From positions 160,419 through 192,418 of the forward strand of contig NZ_OMOH01000006.1 of the NCBI RefSeq assembly GCF_900289195.1: 32,000 nucleotides of DNA. The letters run 5' to 3'. Each line of letters begins with the position of its first letter. Position 1 is the first letter of the stretch. The stretch is from Propionibacterium ruminifibrarum. Lineage in GTDB: Bacteria; Actinomycetota; Actinomycetes; Propionibacteriales; Propionibacteriaceae. Of this stretch, positions 1 through 7,227 are shown one piece after another. The translations under genes were made by a program, and so were the position numbers. The notes beneath the pieces were generated by a model. It saw only the letters and a list, made by a program, of their open reading frames with translations. It was not told the DNA's origin and did not search any database.

Positions 1-1
1 C

Positions 2-649
2 TGCTCGGTGCCCGGGATCTTCCGGCCCGTCGAGATGAACGGCGAATGGTACGTCGACGGCGGCGTCCGCGAGAACGTCCCCGTCGAGGCGGCGGTCAAG
101 AACCTGGGTGTCACCCAGCCCTTCGTCATCGTCTCCTCGCCTCCCGGCGCCTCGCCGAGCCCCCGGACCGGTGAGGGCAACATCCTGTCGATCCTGTTCC
201 GCGTCGAGTCGATCCGCGCCGACGAGTCCGAACGCGACGAGGTCGCCTACGCCCGCGCGGCGGGCGCCACCGTCATCGAACCCGAGATCCTCATCCATGA
301 CGCGATGACGATCGACCCGGGTCTGCTGTCCATCAACCGTGACTACGGCTGGATCCGCGCCGCCGAGGCCACCCGGGAGGCGTCGTGCCAGGCCCAGGCG
401 GCCCACCGCGAGATCATCCGCACCCGCCTGAGGGCGTGGCGTCTGGAGAAGGCCGCTCTGGCCCACGACGAGCACGTCCTCGACACCGAGCCCGGCTCGG
501 TGCTCGCCCTGCCGGGCGACCTGGCGGAGACCAAGAAGGCGCTGCGGGCCATGATCGAGCGCGCCGACCGGAGTTTCCTACCGGACGGCGGCGAGGGCTG
601 GTGGAATCGCTTCGAGGGCCACCCGCGGACGGGAGACGCGCATGTCTGA
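2..649 (+). CDS. Patatin-like phospholipase, C-terminal part (5' end outside the window)
   Basis: The frame is open to the window edge. The segment FRPVEMNGEWYVDGGVRENVPVEAA carries the D-G-G catalytic-Asp block typical of patatin/RssA-type lipases. GC3 bias is strong in this frame. Stop TGA at 647-649. Confidence 0.65.
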   Translation, partial: CSVPGIFRPVEMNGEWYVDGGVRENVPVEAAVKNLGVTQPFVIVSSPPGASPSPRTGEGNILSILFRVESIRADESERDEVAYARAAGATVIEPEILIHDAMTIDPGLLSINRDYGWIRAAEATREASCQAQAAHREIIRTRLRAWRLEKAALAHDEHVLDTEPGSVLALPGDLAETKKALRAMIERADRSFLPDGGEGWWNRFEGHPRTGDAHV

Positions 650-1004
650 GCACGGGGACCACGGCGGCCGGGACGAGGGGACCGCCCCCGGAAAGGCCCT
701 GGCCGGCGCCCGGGTGATGGACGAGTCCGGCGTCCTCATCGGCCGGGCCCTGGGGTTTTGGCAGGACGAGGACACCGGTGTGCTGACCTTCGTGGGCGTG
801 CGGGACGGGGTGCTGGGCAGCAGACGCCACCTGATCCCGCTGGCCGCCGCCGAGATCGGGTACGAACGCATCGACGTCCCCTACAGCCGGTCTCAGGTGA
901 TGGCCTCGCCGGCCTTCGAGGCGGGTCGCGCGGTCCTCGACGAGGACGAGGCGGCGGTCTGCGTCCACTACGGCCTCACGAGCCCCACCCCCTGGCTGGA
1001 GTGA
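642..1004 (+). CDS. PRC-barrel domain protein (120 aa)
   Basis: ATG 642 overlaps the upstream stop (ATGTCTGA), suggesting translational coupling. The pattern GARVMDESGVLIGRALGF...TGVLTFVGVRDGVLGSRRHLIPLAAAEIGYERIDVPYSRSQVMASP matches the actinobacterial PRC-barrel layout (G-x-V-x-D-x-x-G-x-x-IG ... VPY-x-x-x-QV-x-x-x-P) by eye. Confidence 0.65.
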   Translation: MSEHGDHGGRDEGTAPGKALAGARVMDESGVLIGRALGFWQDEDTGVLTFVGVRDGVLGSRRHLIPLAAAEIGYERIDVPYSRSQVMASPAFEAGRAVLDEDEAAVCVHYGLTSPTPWLE

Positions 1005-1099
1005 GACGCCGGCGGCTCAGGAAGAACGTTGCCCACCGACCCGTCGGCAGGGCCCATGGGACGAATACGCCGAGGAGCGCGGCGAATCAGCGTCTCCCA

Positions 1100-2128
1100 C
1101 TAGCAACGCCGATAGCTCCAATAGCCGGGATGCCAGCGGCCCCACCAGTCGAAGTAGGGATAGGGCACCCAGTACTGGCAGTAGCCACCGTTCTGCGAAG
1201 AGTCCCGGCCTCTTCTGTACGCCGAGTCGTCGTCATCATCGTCATCGTCGTCGTCATCATCGTCATCGTCGTCGTCATCGGTATCGCGCTGGGGCGCCGG
1301 GATCTTGGGGCCGGTGTCGTTCCCGGCGCTGTTCCCGGCACCCTCGGCCTTCTCGTCCGAGGGGTTTTCCTCCTCCTGCTGCTGTTCCGCAGCAGCCTGC
1401 TCGGCAGCTTTTTGAGAAGCGGCGATGCCGGCGGCCGTGGCCGTGTCCTGTCTCGTCCCGGACAGCTCGAGTTTCACGGCCGACATCTTCTGCGTCGACT
1501 CATCGATGGGAGCCGGATCGTTGTCGGCCGAACCCTGGTCGCGGATGCCGGGTGCGGCGTCGTAGAGGGCGGTGGCCTCCTCGATCTTGGTCTTGAGGTC
1601 CTCGCGCACCCCGTCGTCGGGCAGCTGGCCGGCCGAGTCGTCGTACACGGTCCAGGCGGCCTTGATCTCGTCCTGGAGTTCATCGGCGGCCTGCATGTTC
1701 TGGTACGAGGAGATCGACACCGACAGGTGGAGGCTGTCGGTGTCGAGGGCATCCTTCGCGGCGTTGAGATCGGACGTGGCGCCCCTGAGGGCGTCGAGCT
1801 GGTCGCGGCTGGTGCAGGTCAGATCCATGCGCACCTGACGCTCCGCGCCGGAGACCGCGGCGATGAGCTCGGCGGCGCCCTCGCTGTCCTTGTAGCCGTC
1901 CGTGGCATCGGCGCTCTCGAGGATCGGCTTGGTCGCGGTGACCGCGTCCACGTAGTCATCAATGGCCTGGTCGGCGGCGCTGATGGCTGCGGCGCAGTCA
2001 TTTCTCAGCTCCGTCTTGTACCGGTGGACGCCGAAGGCGGTGCCGGAGCCCGCCAGCAGGAGTGCACAGACAACAGCGCCGACGATGGCACGCCTGGGAT
2101 GCCTCGCCCTCTCTGCCCTGCCTGTCAT
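1100..2128 (-). CDS. Hypothetical membrane-anchored acidic protein with an 18-residue poly-Asp tract and a Trp/Tyr-rich, Cys-bracketed C-terminal tail
   Basis: The track ORF is 1100-2419, but its first 97 codons are Pro/Arg-rich noise. The ATG at 2128-2126 precedes a basic stretch plus one TM helix (RRAIVGAVVCALLLAGSG). The body is helical and Ala/Asp/Glu-rich. D18 lies at 1226-1279. The tail reads GGYCQYWVPYPYFDWWGRWHPGYWSYRRC. No family recognised. Confidence 0.6.
   Translation of the reverse strand: MTGRAERARHPRRAIVGAVVCALLLAGSGTAFGVHRYKTELRNDCAAAISAADQAIDDYVDAVTATKPILESADATDGYKDSEGAAELIAAVSGAERQVRMDLTCTSRDQLDALRGATSDLNAAKDALDTDSLHLSVSISSYQNMQAADELQDEIKAAWTVYDDSAGQLPDDGVREDLKTKIEEATALYDAAPGIRDQGSADNDPAPIDESTQKMSAVKLELSGTRQDTATAAGIAASQKAAEQAAAEQQQEEENPSDEKAEGAGNSAGNDTGPKIPAPQRDTDDDDDDDDDDDDDDDDDDSAYRRGRDSSQNGGYCQYWVPYPYFDWWGRWHPGYWSYRRC
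1226..1279 (-). repeat. In-frame Asp-codon (GAY) tract built from a 21-bp tandem unit
   Basis: The plus strand reads gtcgtcgtcatc followed by two exact copies of atcgtcatcgtcgtcgtcatc. That is 54 nt, or 18 consecutive GAT/GAC codons on the minus strand. Confidence 0.9.
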
Positions 2129-2681
2129 ATGGCTCTTTCGTTCGCTTGCACGGGCCGCAGCAGACGGTGTGGACGACGACCAGTCGTCCCGCCGTTCAGC
2201 GCCCGACTCGTCCAAGCATGTGCCGGGGTGTACGCGGACCGAGTGACGTCCAGGCTCAGAGCTCGTTCTTGGGAGAACCTCAGCAGTCACACAGCCCTCA
2301 CGGGAAACCTGAGTCACAGATTCCCAGGGTTCCGGTTGATGGCGCATGGCGCCCGGAACCCGAGGGGGATCTCGTGCCCAGACCTCCCTGACTGCTACTA
2401 CTTCGGGCGGAGGGCACACCGGCCACCCGACCAGAAACAGACCGCAGTCGCCTTAGTCTATCGCGCAGGACACTGCCATGGCCAAAGTCATGCCACAAAT
2501 CCTGCAATGTGGACAACCCGTGCGGGCCGGTCATGCCCAACAGCCCCTGATGCGTTTCCCGATGACCCGCACCGGCTGCATCCACCTGCCTCCCGGACCG
2601 GGATCATCCGGGATCGCCCCGACCGGGCGGGGAACGGCAGCCAACGCATTCAGTGTCGCATCCAGTCGCCGGCTGGACGAG

Positions 2682-2754
2682 TGCCCCCACGGGGGCTCGA
2701 ACCCCGGACCCAAGGATTAAAAGTCCCTTGCTCTGCCAGCTGAGCTATGGAGGC
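2682..2754 (-). tRNA. tRNA-Lys (anticodon UUU)
   Basis: The reverse complement folds as a cloverleaf: acceptor GCCTCCA/TGGGGGC (one G-U pair), D arm GCTC-AGCTGGCA-GAGC, anticodon arm AGGGA-CTTTTAA-TCCTT, T arm CGGGG-TTCGAGC-CCCCG, discriminator A. CCA is not encoded. Confidence 0.9.
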
Positions 2755-2848
2755 AGGACTCATATTAGCCGCTCACCCGACGGGCGGTATCGTGCACGAC
2801 GACGGCCGGTCCCGCGACGGGCCGAACCCTCGACCCTGGCGGCCAAAG

Positions 2849-2879
2849 GCTCAACCTCAACCTCGGCTTGAGGTTGAGC
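2849..2879. other. Perfect 12-bp stem-loop between the divergent tRNA-Lys and NlpC/P60 genes
   Basis: gctcaacctcaa (2849-2860) pairs with ttgaggttgagc (2868-2879) across a 7-nt loop. Function unknown. Confidence 0.5.
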
Positions 2880-3204
2880 GCCCGACGACCCTCAGGCTGT
2901 TTTCAGCCTCCCCTCAGATGGTTGGGCACACCACCCGCGAGCACAGTAAAACACCTGGTCAGAGCAGTGTTTGACGGAGGCCGGCAGAAGCGCCGGGGCG
3001 CCGCGCCCAGGGTCGGGCGACAGTTCGGCCGAAGTCTCAACCGGCCCTTCAGGTGCCTTGTGAGCCCCTCGGACATCTGCCTAAGTTCCTTCCAGCCCTG
3101 GGGCACCGGCGTGACGACCGCGAGTCGTCGGGGAAGACGCCTCGCCTCAGGGCACAGACCTCTCACACCACGCGGCTCGAGCAAGGCCGTGGGAAGGACC
3201 AGCA

Positions 3205-4704
3205 GTGAACGACCCCTTCGCGAAAACGGCGCGCATCGCCGTCACCTCGTCGCTGGTGGCTGCCAGTCTGGCCACCGCCGGACTCGTTCTGAGCCCACTG
3301 GCGCAGGCCGACTACTCAGACCTGTCCGCGACGACCGACGTGAATGTGCGCACCTCGCCGGACACGAACGGCGAGATCGTCGCAGTGCTCTCCGCCGGCG
3401 ACACCGTCACCCAGCGCGGTGTCGAGCAGGACGGCTGGCTGCCGATCATCTACAACGGCACGAACGCGTGGGTGCAGGCCCAGTACGTGTCCAGCACCAC
3501 CGTCATCACGACCGACACCACCGTCGGCACCGCCACGACGACCGCTGACGCCTACGTCCGTTCCGATGCCGACCCGACCAGCTGGATCATGGGCACCCTG
3601 TCCGAGGGCACCACGGTCTCGATCACGGGCGACCCGGTCGGCAACTGGACGCCCGTCAACTACTACGGCCGCGCGGGCTGGATCGCCACGAGTCTCCTCG
3701 CCGATGCCGGCCAGGAGTCCGCCGGCACCATCGTCAGCGCCATCTCCCAGGACTACCTGTGGGTCCGCACCGGCACCAGCACCGCCTTCACCTCGATCGG
3801 CATGCTCTACCCGGGCGACGAGGTCGCCGTCACCGGAACCCCGTTCGCCGGCTGGGTGCCCGTGAGCTTCAACGGCCAGGACGCCTGGGTCGCCGCGAAT
3901 TACTCGCGCTACGTCACCGATCCCACGACGATCGCGCTCGTGGCGAGCACCACCTCGACCGAGGACGCCGAGGCACCGGCAGAGGAGGCCACGCCGCCCG
4001 CCGAGGAGGCACCGGCAGAGGAGACGACACCGCCGGTCGAGGAGACCACGCCGCCGGCCGAGGAGGCACCCGTCGAGGAGGCACCGGTCGAGGAGGCCCC
4101 GGCCACGACCACCAAGTGGGCCGCCGATGACGTCAACGTCCGCACCGGCCCCGGCCTCGACTACGAGGTCGTCGACGTCCTCGACCAGGGCGACACCATG
4201 GAGGCCACTGGCGTCACCAATGGGGACTGGACCGAGATCATCTACGGCGGGGCCTCCCGCTGGGTCAACAGCGCCTACGTCTCCGACACCGAGGTCGCCC
4301 CCTACGAGGCCCCGGCTCCCTCCCAGCCCGAGGTCGCCAGCTACAGCAGCGGCGACGCCGTCCAGACCGCGATCGACTTCGCCTACTCCAAGCTGGGCGG
4401 GCCCTACGTGTGGGGCGGTACCGGACCGGTCGGCTATGACTGCTCCGGTCTGATGCAGGCCGCCTACGCTGCGGCCGGCATCTCGATCCCCCGGGTCACC
4501 TGGGACCAGGTGAACGCCGGCACACCGGTCTACTCGACCGATGACCTACAGCCCGGCGACTTGGTGTTCTACTACGACAACGGCCACGTCGGCATGTACA
4601 TCGGCGACGGCCTGGTGCTGAACGCCCAGAACGAGAGCACCGGCATCGTCATCTCCGGGCTGTACGACATGGCTCCGATCTCGGCGATGGTGCGCATCGT
4701 CTGA
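3205..4704 (+). CDS. Secreted peptidoglycan hydrolase: signal peptide, four SH3b-like repeats, Glu/Pro linker, C-terminal NlpC/P60 domain
   Basis: GTG start preceded by gggaagga. The signal-like N-terminus ends in PLAQA. There are four ~55-aa repeats of the form DVNVRT..G.....L..GD.V...G....W..I.Y.G..AWV...Y. The C-terminus carries YVWGGTGPVGYDCSGLMQ (catalytic Cys) and GHVGMYIGDG (His), which are NlpC/P60 hallmarks. Confidence 0.9.
   Translation: MNDPFAKTARIAVTSSLVAASLATAGLVLSPLAQADYSDLSATTDVNVRTSPDTNGEIVAVLSAGDTVTQRGVEQDGWLPIIYNGTNAWVQAQYVSSTTVITTDTTVGTATTTADAYVRSDADPTSWIMGTLSEGTTVSITGDPVGNWTPVNYYGRAGWIATSLLADAGQESAGTIVSAISQDYLWVRTGTSTAFTSIGMLYPGDEVAVTGTPFAGWVPVSFNGQDAWVAANYSRYVTDPTTIALVASTTSTEDAEAPAEEATPPAEEAPAEETTPPVEETTPPAEEAPVEEAPVEEAPATTTKWAADDVNVRTGPGLDYEVVDVLDQGDTMEATGVTNGDWTEIIYGGASRWVNSAYVSDTEVAPYEAPAPSQPEVASYSSGDAVQTAIDFAYSKLGGPYVWGGTGPVGYDCSGLMQAAYAAAGISIPRVTWDQVNAGTPVYSTDDLQPGDLVFYYDNGHVGMYIGDGLVLNAQNESTGIVISGLYDMAPISAMVRIV
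3961..4104 (+). repeat. Imperfect tandem repeats encoding an acidic Glu/Pro linker (EEAPA/EEAPV/EETTPP units)
   Basis: Repeated gaggaggcaccggcagag / gaggaggcacccgtcgag / gaggaggcaccggtcgag and gaggagaccacgccgccg units inside the NlpC/P60 gene. Confidence 0.8.
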
Positions 4705-4730
4705 TGACGCGCTGAGACAAGGCGAACAGG

Positions 4731-4775
4731 TGGCGGCTCGGGCACCCGGTTTCTTTCCAGGGGCCCGAGCCGCTA
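4731..4775 (+). terminator. Stem-loop downstream of the NlpC/P60 gene (no U-tract)
   Basis: The 11-bp GC-rich stem gcggctcgggc (4733-4743) / gcccgagccgc (4763-4773) lies 27 nt after the stop. The loop contains tttcttt. GC-rich hairpins without a U-tail are common terminator candidates in high-GC actinobacteria. Confidence 0.45.
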
Positions 4776-4790
4776 CCATGTTCGTCGCGA

Positions 4791-4866
4791 GTCCCCATCG
4801 TCTAGCGGCCTAGGACCCCACCCTTTCAAGGTGGTAACACGGATTCGAATTCCGTTGGGGATACCA
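4791..4866 (+). tRNA. tRNA-Glu (anticodon UUC), CCA encoded
   Basis: Acceptor GTCCCCA/TGGGGAT, D arm GTCT-AGCGGCCTA-GGAC, anticodon arm CCACC-CTTTCAA-GGTGG, T arm ACGGA-TTCGAAT-TCCGT, then A-CCA. Confidence 0.9.
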
Positions 4867-4869
4867 CGA

Positions 4870-4896
4870 CCGGGGCGGCACCACGTGCCGCCCCGG
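4870..4896 (+). terminator. 12-bp perfect stem-loop immediately after tRNA-Glu
   Basis: ccggggcggcac (4870-4881) pairs with gtgccgccccgg (4885-4896) across a 3-nt loop. No U-tract follows. Confidence 0.45.
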
Positions 4897-5046
4897 TCTG
4901 CTGGTTCGGGCAGGCCCACGCGCAGCCGGGCCCTGAAGTCTTCCACCGGGTGAAAGCCGTGTGTCACCATTCACCTACGGCGCAGGGTCCATGGCGGAGC
5001 CTTCACGCGCCCGACACCGGCGAGCCACACCAGGGGAGCATTTCTC

Positions 5047-6198
5047 ATGACCTACCGCATGATCTTCAATCAGACGGGCCACTTCGGACGGGGAGCCATT
5101 GCCAACATCCCCACCGAGATCAGCGCCCGCGGCCTGAGCAAGGCCTTCATCGTCACCGACCCGGTCCTGGCGGAGAACGGCACCGCCACGCGCATCACCG
5201 ACCTGCTCGACGGGGCCGGCATCGCCTGGGAGATCTTCTCCGACGTGGTTCCCAACCCGCCCGTGGAGAAAGTCCAGGCGGGCCTGGCCGCCTTCCGCGC
5301 CTCGGGCGCCGACGTCCTCATCGGCCTGGGCGGCGGCAGCCCCCAGGACACCTGCAAGGCGATCTCGGTGATCGCCACCAACCCCGAGTTCGAGGACGTG
5401 CTCAGCCTGGAGGGGGCCTCCCCCACGAAGAACCCGGGCACGCCCATCATCGGCGTGCCCACCACGGCGGGCACCGCCTCGGAGACCACCATCAACTACG
5501 TCATCACCGACACCGCCAGCCAGCGCAAGTTCGTCTGCGTGGACCCGCACGACATCCCGGTGATCGCCGTGGTCGACCCCGACCTCATGGACGGCATGCC
5601 CAGGAGCCTGAAGGTCGCCACCGGGCTGGACGCACTCACCCACGCCATCGAGGGCTACATCACCCCCGGCGCCTGGGAGCTGTCCGACGCCCTGTGCCTG
5701 CGCTCGATCCAGATGATCGCCAAGAACCTGCGCAAGGCCGCCGAGGGCGACGCCGACGCGGTGGAGCAGATGGGCCTGGCCGCCTACATCAACGGCATGG
5801 CCTACTCCAACGTGGGTCTGGGCCTGGTGCACGGCATGGCGCACCCGCTGGGCGGGCGCTACAACGCGCCGCACGGGGTGGCCAACGGCATCCTGCTCGC
5901 CCCCGTCATGGCGTTCAACGCCGAGTACACCGGGGAGAAGTACCGCGACATCGCCGAGGCCTTCGGGGTCCCGGACGCCCAGACGATGCCGCTTGAGCAG
6001 GCGCGCGACGCCGCCGTCGACGCCATCGCCCAGCTGACCCGCGACCTGGGCAACCCGACCCGCATCAGCGAGGTGGGGGTGGACGAGTCCGGCATCGCCG
6101 CACTGACCGAGGACGCCTTCGCCGACGTGTGCACCCCCGGCAACCCCCGCCCGGCCACCCGGGAGGACATCGAGGCGCTGTACCGCTCGCTGCTGTAA
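5047..6198 (+). CDS. fucO: Iron-containing alcohol dehydrogenase, lactaldehyde reductase (1,2-propanediol oxidoreductase)-like
   Basis: Near full-length colinearity with E. coli FucO as I recall it: RMIFNQTGHFGRGA, GGGSPQDTCKA, PTTAGTASETTINYVITD, KFVCVDPHDIP, DALTHAIEGYIT, GLVHGMAHPLG, PHGVANG, TGEKYRDIA. RBS aggggag sits upstream of the ATG. Confidence 0.85.
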   Translation: MTYRMIFNQTGHFGRGAIANIPTEISARGLSKAFIVTDPVLAENGTATRITDLLDGAGIAWEIFSDVVPNPPVEKVQAGLAAFRASGADVLIGLGGGSPQDTCKAISVIATNPEFEDVLSLEGASPTKNPGTPIIGVPTTAGTASETTINYVITDTASQRKFVCVDPHDIPVIAVVDPDLMDGMPRSLKVATGLDALTHAIEGYITPGAWELSDALCLRSIQMIAKNLRKAAEGDADAVEQMGLAAYINGMAYSNVGLGLVHGMAHPLGGRYNAPHGVANGILLAPVMAFNAEYTGEKYRDIAEAFGVPDAQTMPLEQARDAAVDAIAQLTRDLGNPTRISEVGVDESGIAALTEDAFADVCTPGNPRPATREDIEALYRSLL

Positions 6199-6253
6199 CA
6201 CTCCACGCAGCTCCGACTCGGGGCGAATTGGCCGAGTCGACCGGGATTGACAT

Positions 6254-6284
6254 GGGCCGCCCCAGCCGCCGGCTGGGGCGGCCC
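6254..6284 (+). terminator. 14-bp perfect stem-loop downstream of fucO
   Basis: gggccgccccagcc (6254-6267) pairs with ggctggggcggccc (6271-6284) across the loop gcc. An 8-bp hairpin at 6214-6239 precedes it. Confidence 0.45.
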
Positions 6285-6305
6285 AAACACGTCAAGCGAC
6301 AAAAC

Positions 6306-6348
6306 CGGGGACGTCGACACACCGATGGTCGGTGTGTCGACGTCCCCG
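6306..6348. repeat. 20-bp perfect inverted repeat (palindromic hairpin)
   Basis: cggggacgtcgacacaccga / tgg / tcggtgtgtcgacgtccccg. Perfect complementarity was checked base by base. Confidence 0.85.
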
Positions 6349-6489
6349 TGGCCTCACCTCCCGCGCCTTCCAACACTCGGGGCACCATCGGCCAGCACAG
6401 TCGAACACATACCATCCCGCGGGACGATCGCAGCGCGATGAGGCCACTGGACAACTCCACGACTGAAGGCTAGATTGTCGACCATCCAT

Positions 6490-6510
6490 ACCGACCGACG
6501 GTCGGTCGGT
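6490..6510. promoter_or_regulatory. Candidate TetR operator (21-bp palindrome)
   Basis: a-ccgaccgac-g-gtcggtcgg-t is a perfect dyad lying 64 nt upstream of the tetR ATG. TetR-family repressors typically bind palindromes in their own promoter region. Confidence 0.45.
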
Positions 6511-6573
6511 GGCGGAACGGCCTGTCCCCCACCACCGTCGGAACCGCCCGCGATCCCGATCAGTGAGGAAGCC

Positions 6574-7227
6574 ATGACACCCGCCCGCATCTCCAAACCC
6601 GCCGCCCAACGCCGGGACGACATCCTGGACGCCGCTCAGCGACTGTTCACCACCAAAGGAGTCCAGGCGACCTCCGTGGAGGACATCCTCCAGGACGTGG
6701 GCATTGCCAAGGGCACCCTCTACTATCACTTCCGTTCCAAGGACGAGATCCTCCAGGGGATCATCACTCGCACCACCGAACGGGTCGCGGTCAAGGCCAG
6801 GCAAGTCGCCGATCGACCCGACCCCGTCATCACCAGATTCCTGGGCGTGCTGGCAGCCATGCGCGTCGATGCGCCCGAACTCGCGCTGGCCGAGACCCTC
6901 CACGGGCCCGGTAACGCCGAATTCCACGTCCTGTCCATCGTCGAGATGGTCCGTGCCATCACGCCCATCCTCGCCGAGGTCGTCGAACAGGGGGTCGCCG
7001 AGGGGAGCTTCTCGACCGAGCATCCCCAAGACATGGTCGAGATCCTCCTCACCAGCATGGGGATGCTGCTCGACGACGGCATCTTCAGGGGAGAGGCGGA
7101 CCAGATCCCGCGTCGCACCGCCGCCCTCATCAGTGCCGCTGAAACGCTCTTGGGCTGCCGTCCGGGAGCGTTGGCAACAGCCGCACATGACATGCGGATC
7201 GCGGGCGCTACCGGGGGCGCGCGATGA
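6574..7227 (+). CDS. TetR/AcrR-family transcriptional regulator
   Basis: The N-terminal HTH reads RRDDILDAAQRLFTTKGVQATSVEDILQDVGIAKGTLYYHFRSKDEIL. I chose ATG 6574 (RBS gaggaa at 6565-6570) over the TTG at 6475 used by the track ORF. Confidence 0.85.
   Translation: MTPARISKPAAQRRDDILDAAQRLFTTKGVQATSVEDILQDVGIAKGTLYYHFRSKDEILQGIITRTTERVAVKARQVADRPDPVITRFLGVLAAMRVDAPELALAETLHGPGNAEFHVLSIVEMVRAITPILAEVVEQGVAEGSFSTEHPQDMVEILLTSMGMLLDDGIFRGEADQIPRRTAALISAAETLLGCRPGALATAAHDMRIAGATGGAR

Noticed and set aside
1226-1279. Short tandem repeat that might be taken for a CRISPR or VNTR locus.
   Set aside because: The units are contiguous with no spacers, in frame, and lie inside a coding region. It is a codon repeat, not a CRISPR array.
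758-2743. 661-aa plus-strand ORF, the longest in the left part of the window.
   Set aside because: It has an Arg/Gly/Val/Pro low-complexity composition and runs antisense through the poly-Asp gene (reading its GAY repeat as VIIV runs). It also reads straight through tRNA-Lys. This is the typical shadow ORF of high-GC DNA.
2880-3204. c-di-AMP (ydaO-type) riboswitch upstream of the NlpC/P60 gene.
   Set aside because: The conserved blocks as I remember them (GGGGACCC, GGGGUGAAUC, CCCGAACCCGUCAGCUAACC) are absent. Only a vague ccgaagtctcaaccgg resemblance is present.
4975-6201. 408-aa minus-strand ORF, and the 348-aa plus-strand ORF at 4950-5996, both overlapping fucO.
   Set aside because: The frame starting at 5047 is colinear with FucO over its whole length. 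The others are Gly/Arg/His/Asp-rich with no motifs.
6247-6441. 64-aa plus-strand ORF in the fucO-tetR spacer.
   Set aside because: It is composed largely of the two perfect hairpins read as protein. It has a TTG start, no RBS and poor codon bias.
6349-6448. Long-range 9-bp inverted repeat gtggcctca / tgaggccac separated by 82 bp.
   Set aside because: The arms are short and the spacer is large. This is compatible with chance in GC-rich DNA, and there is no supporting feature.
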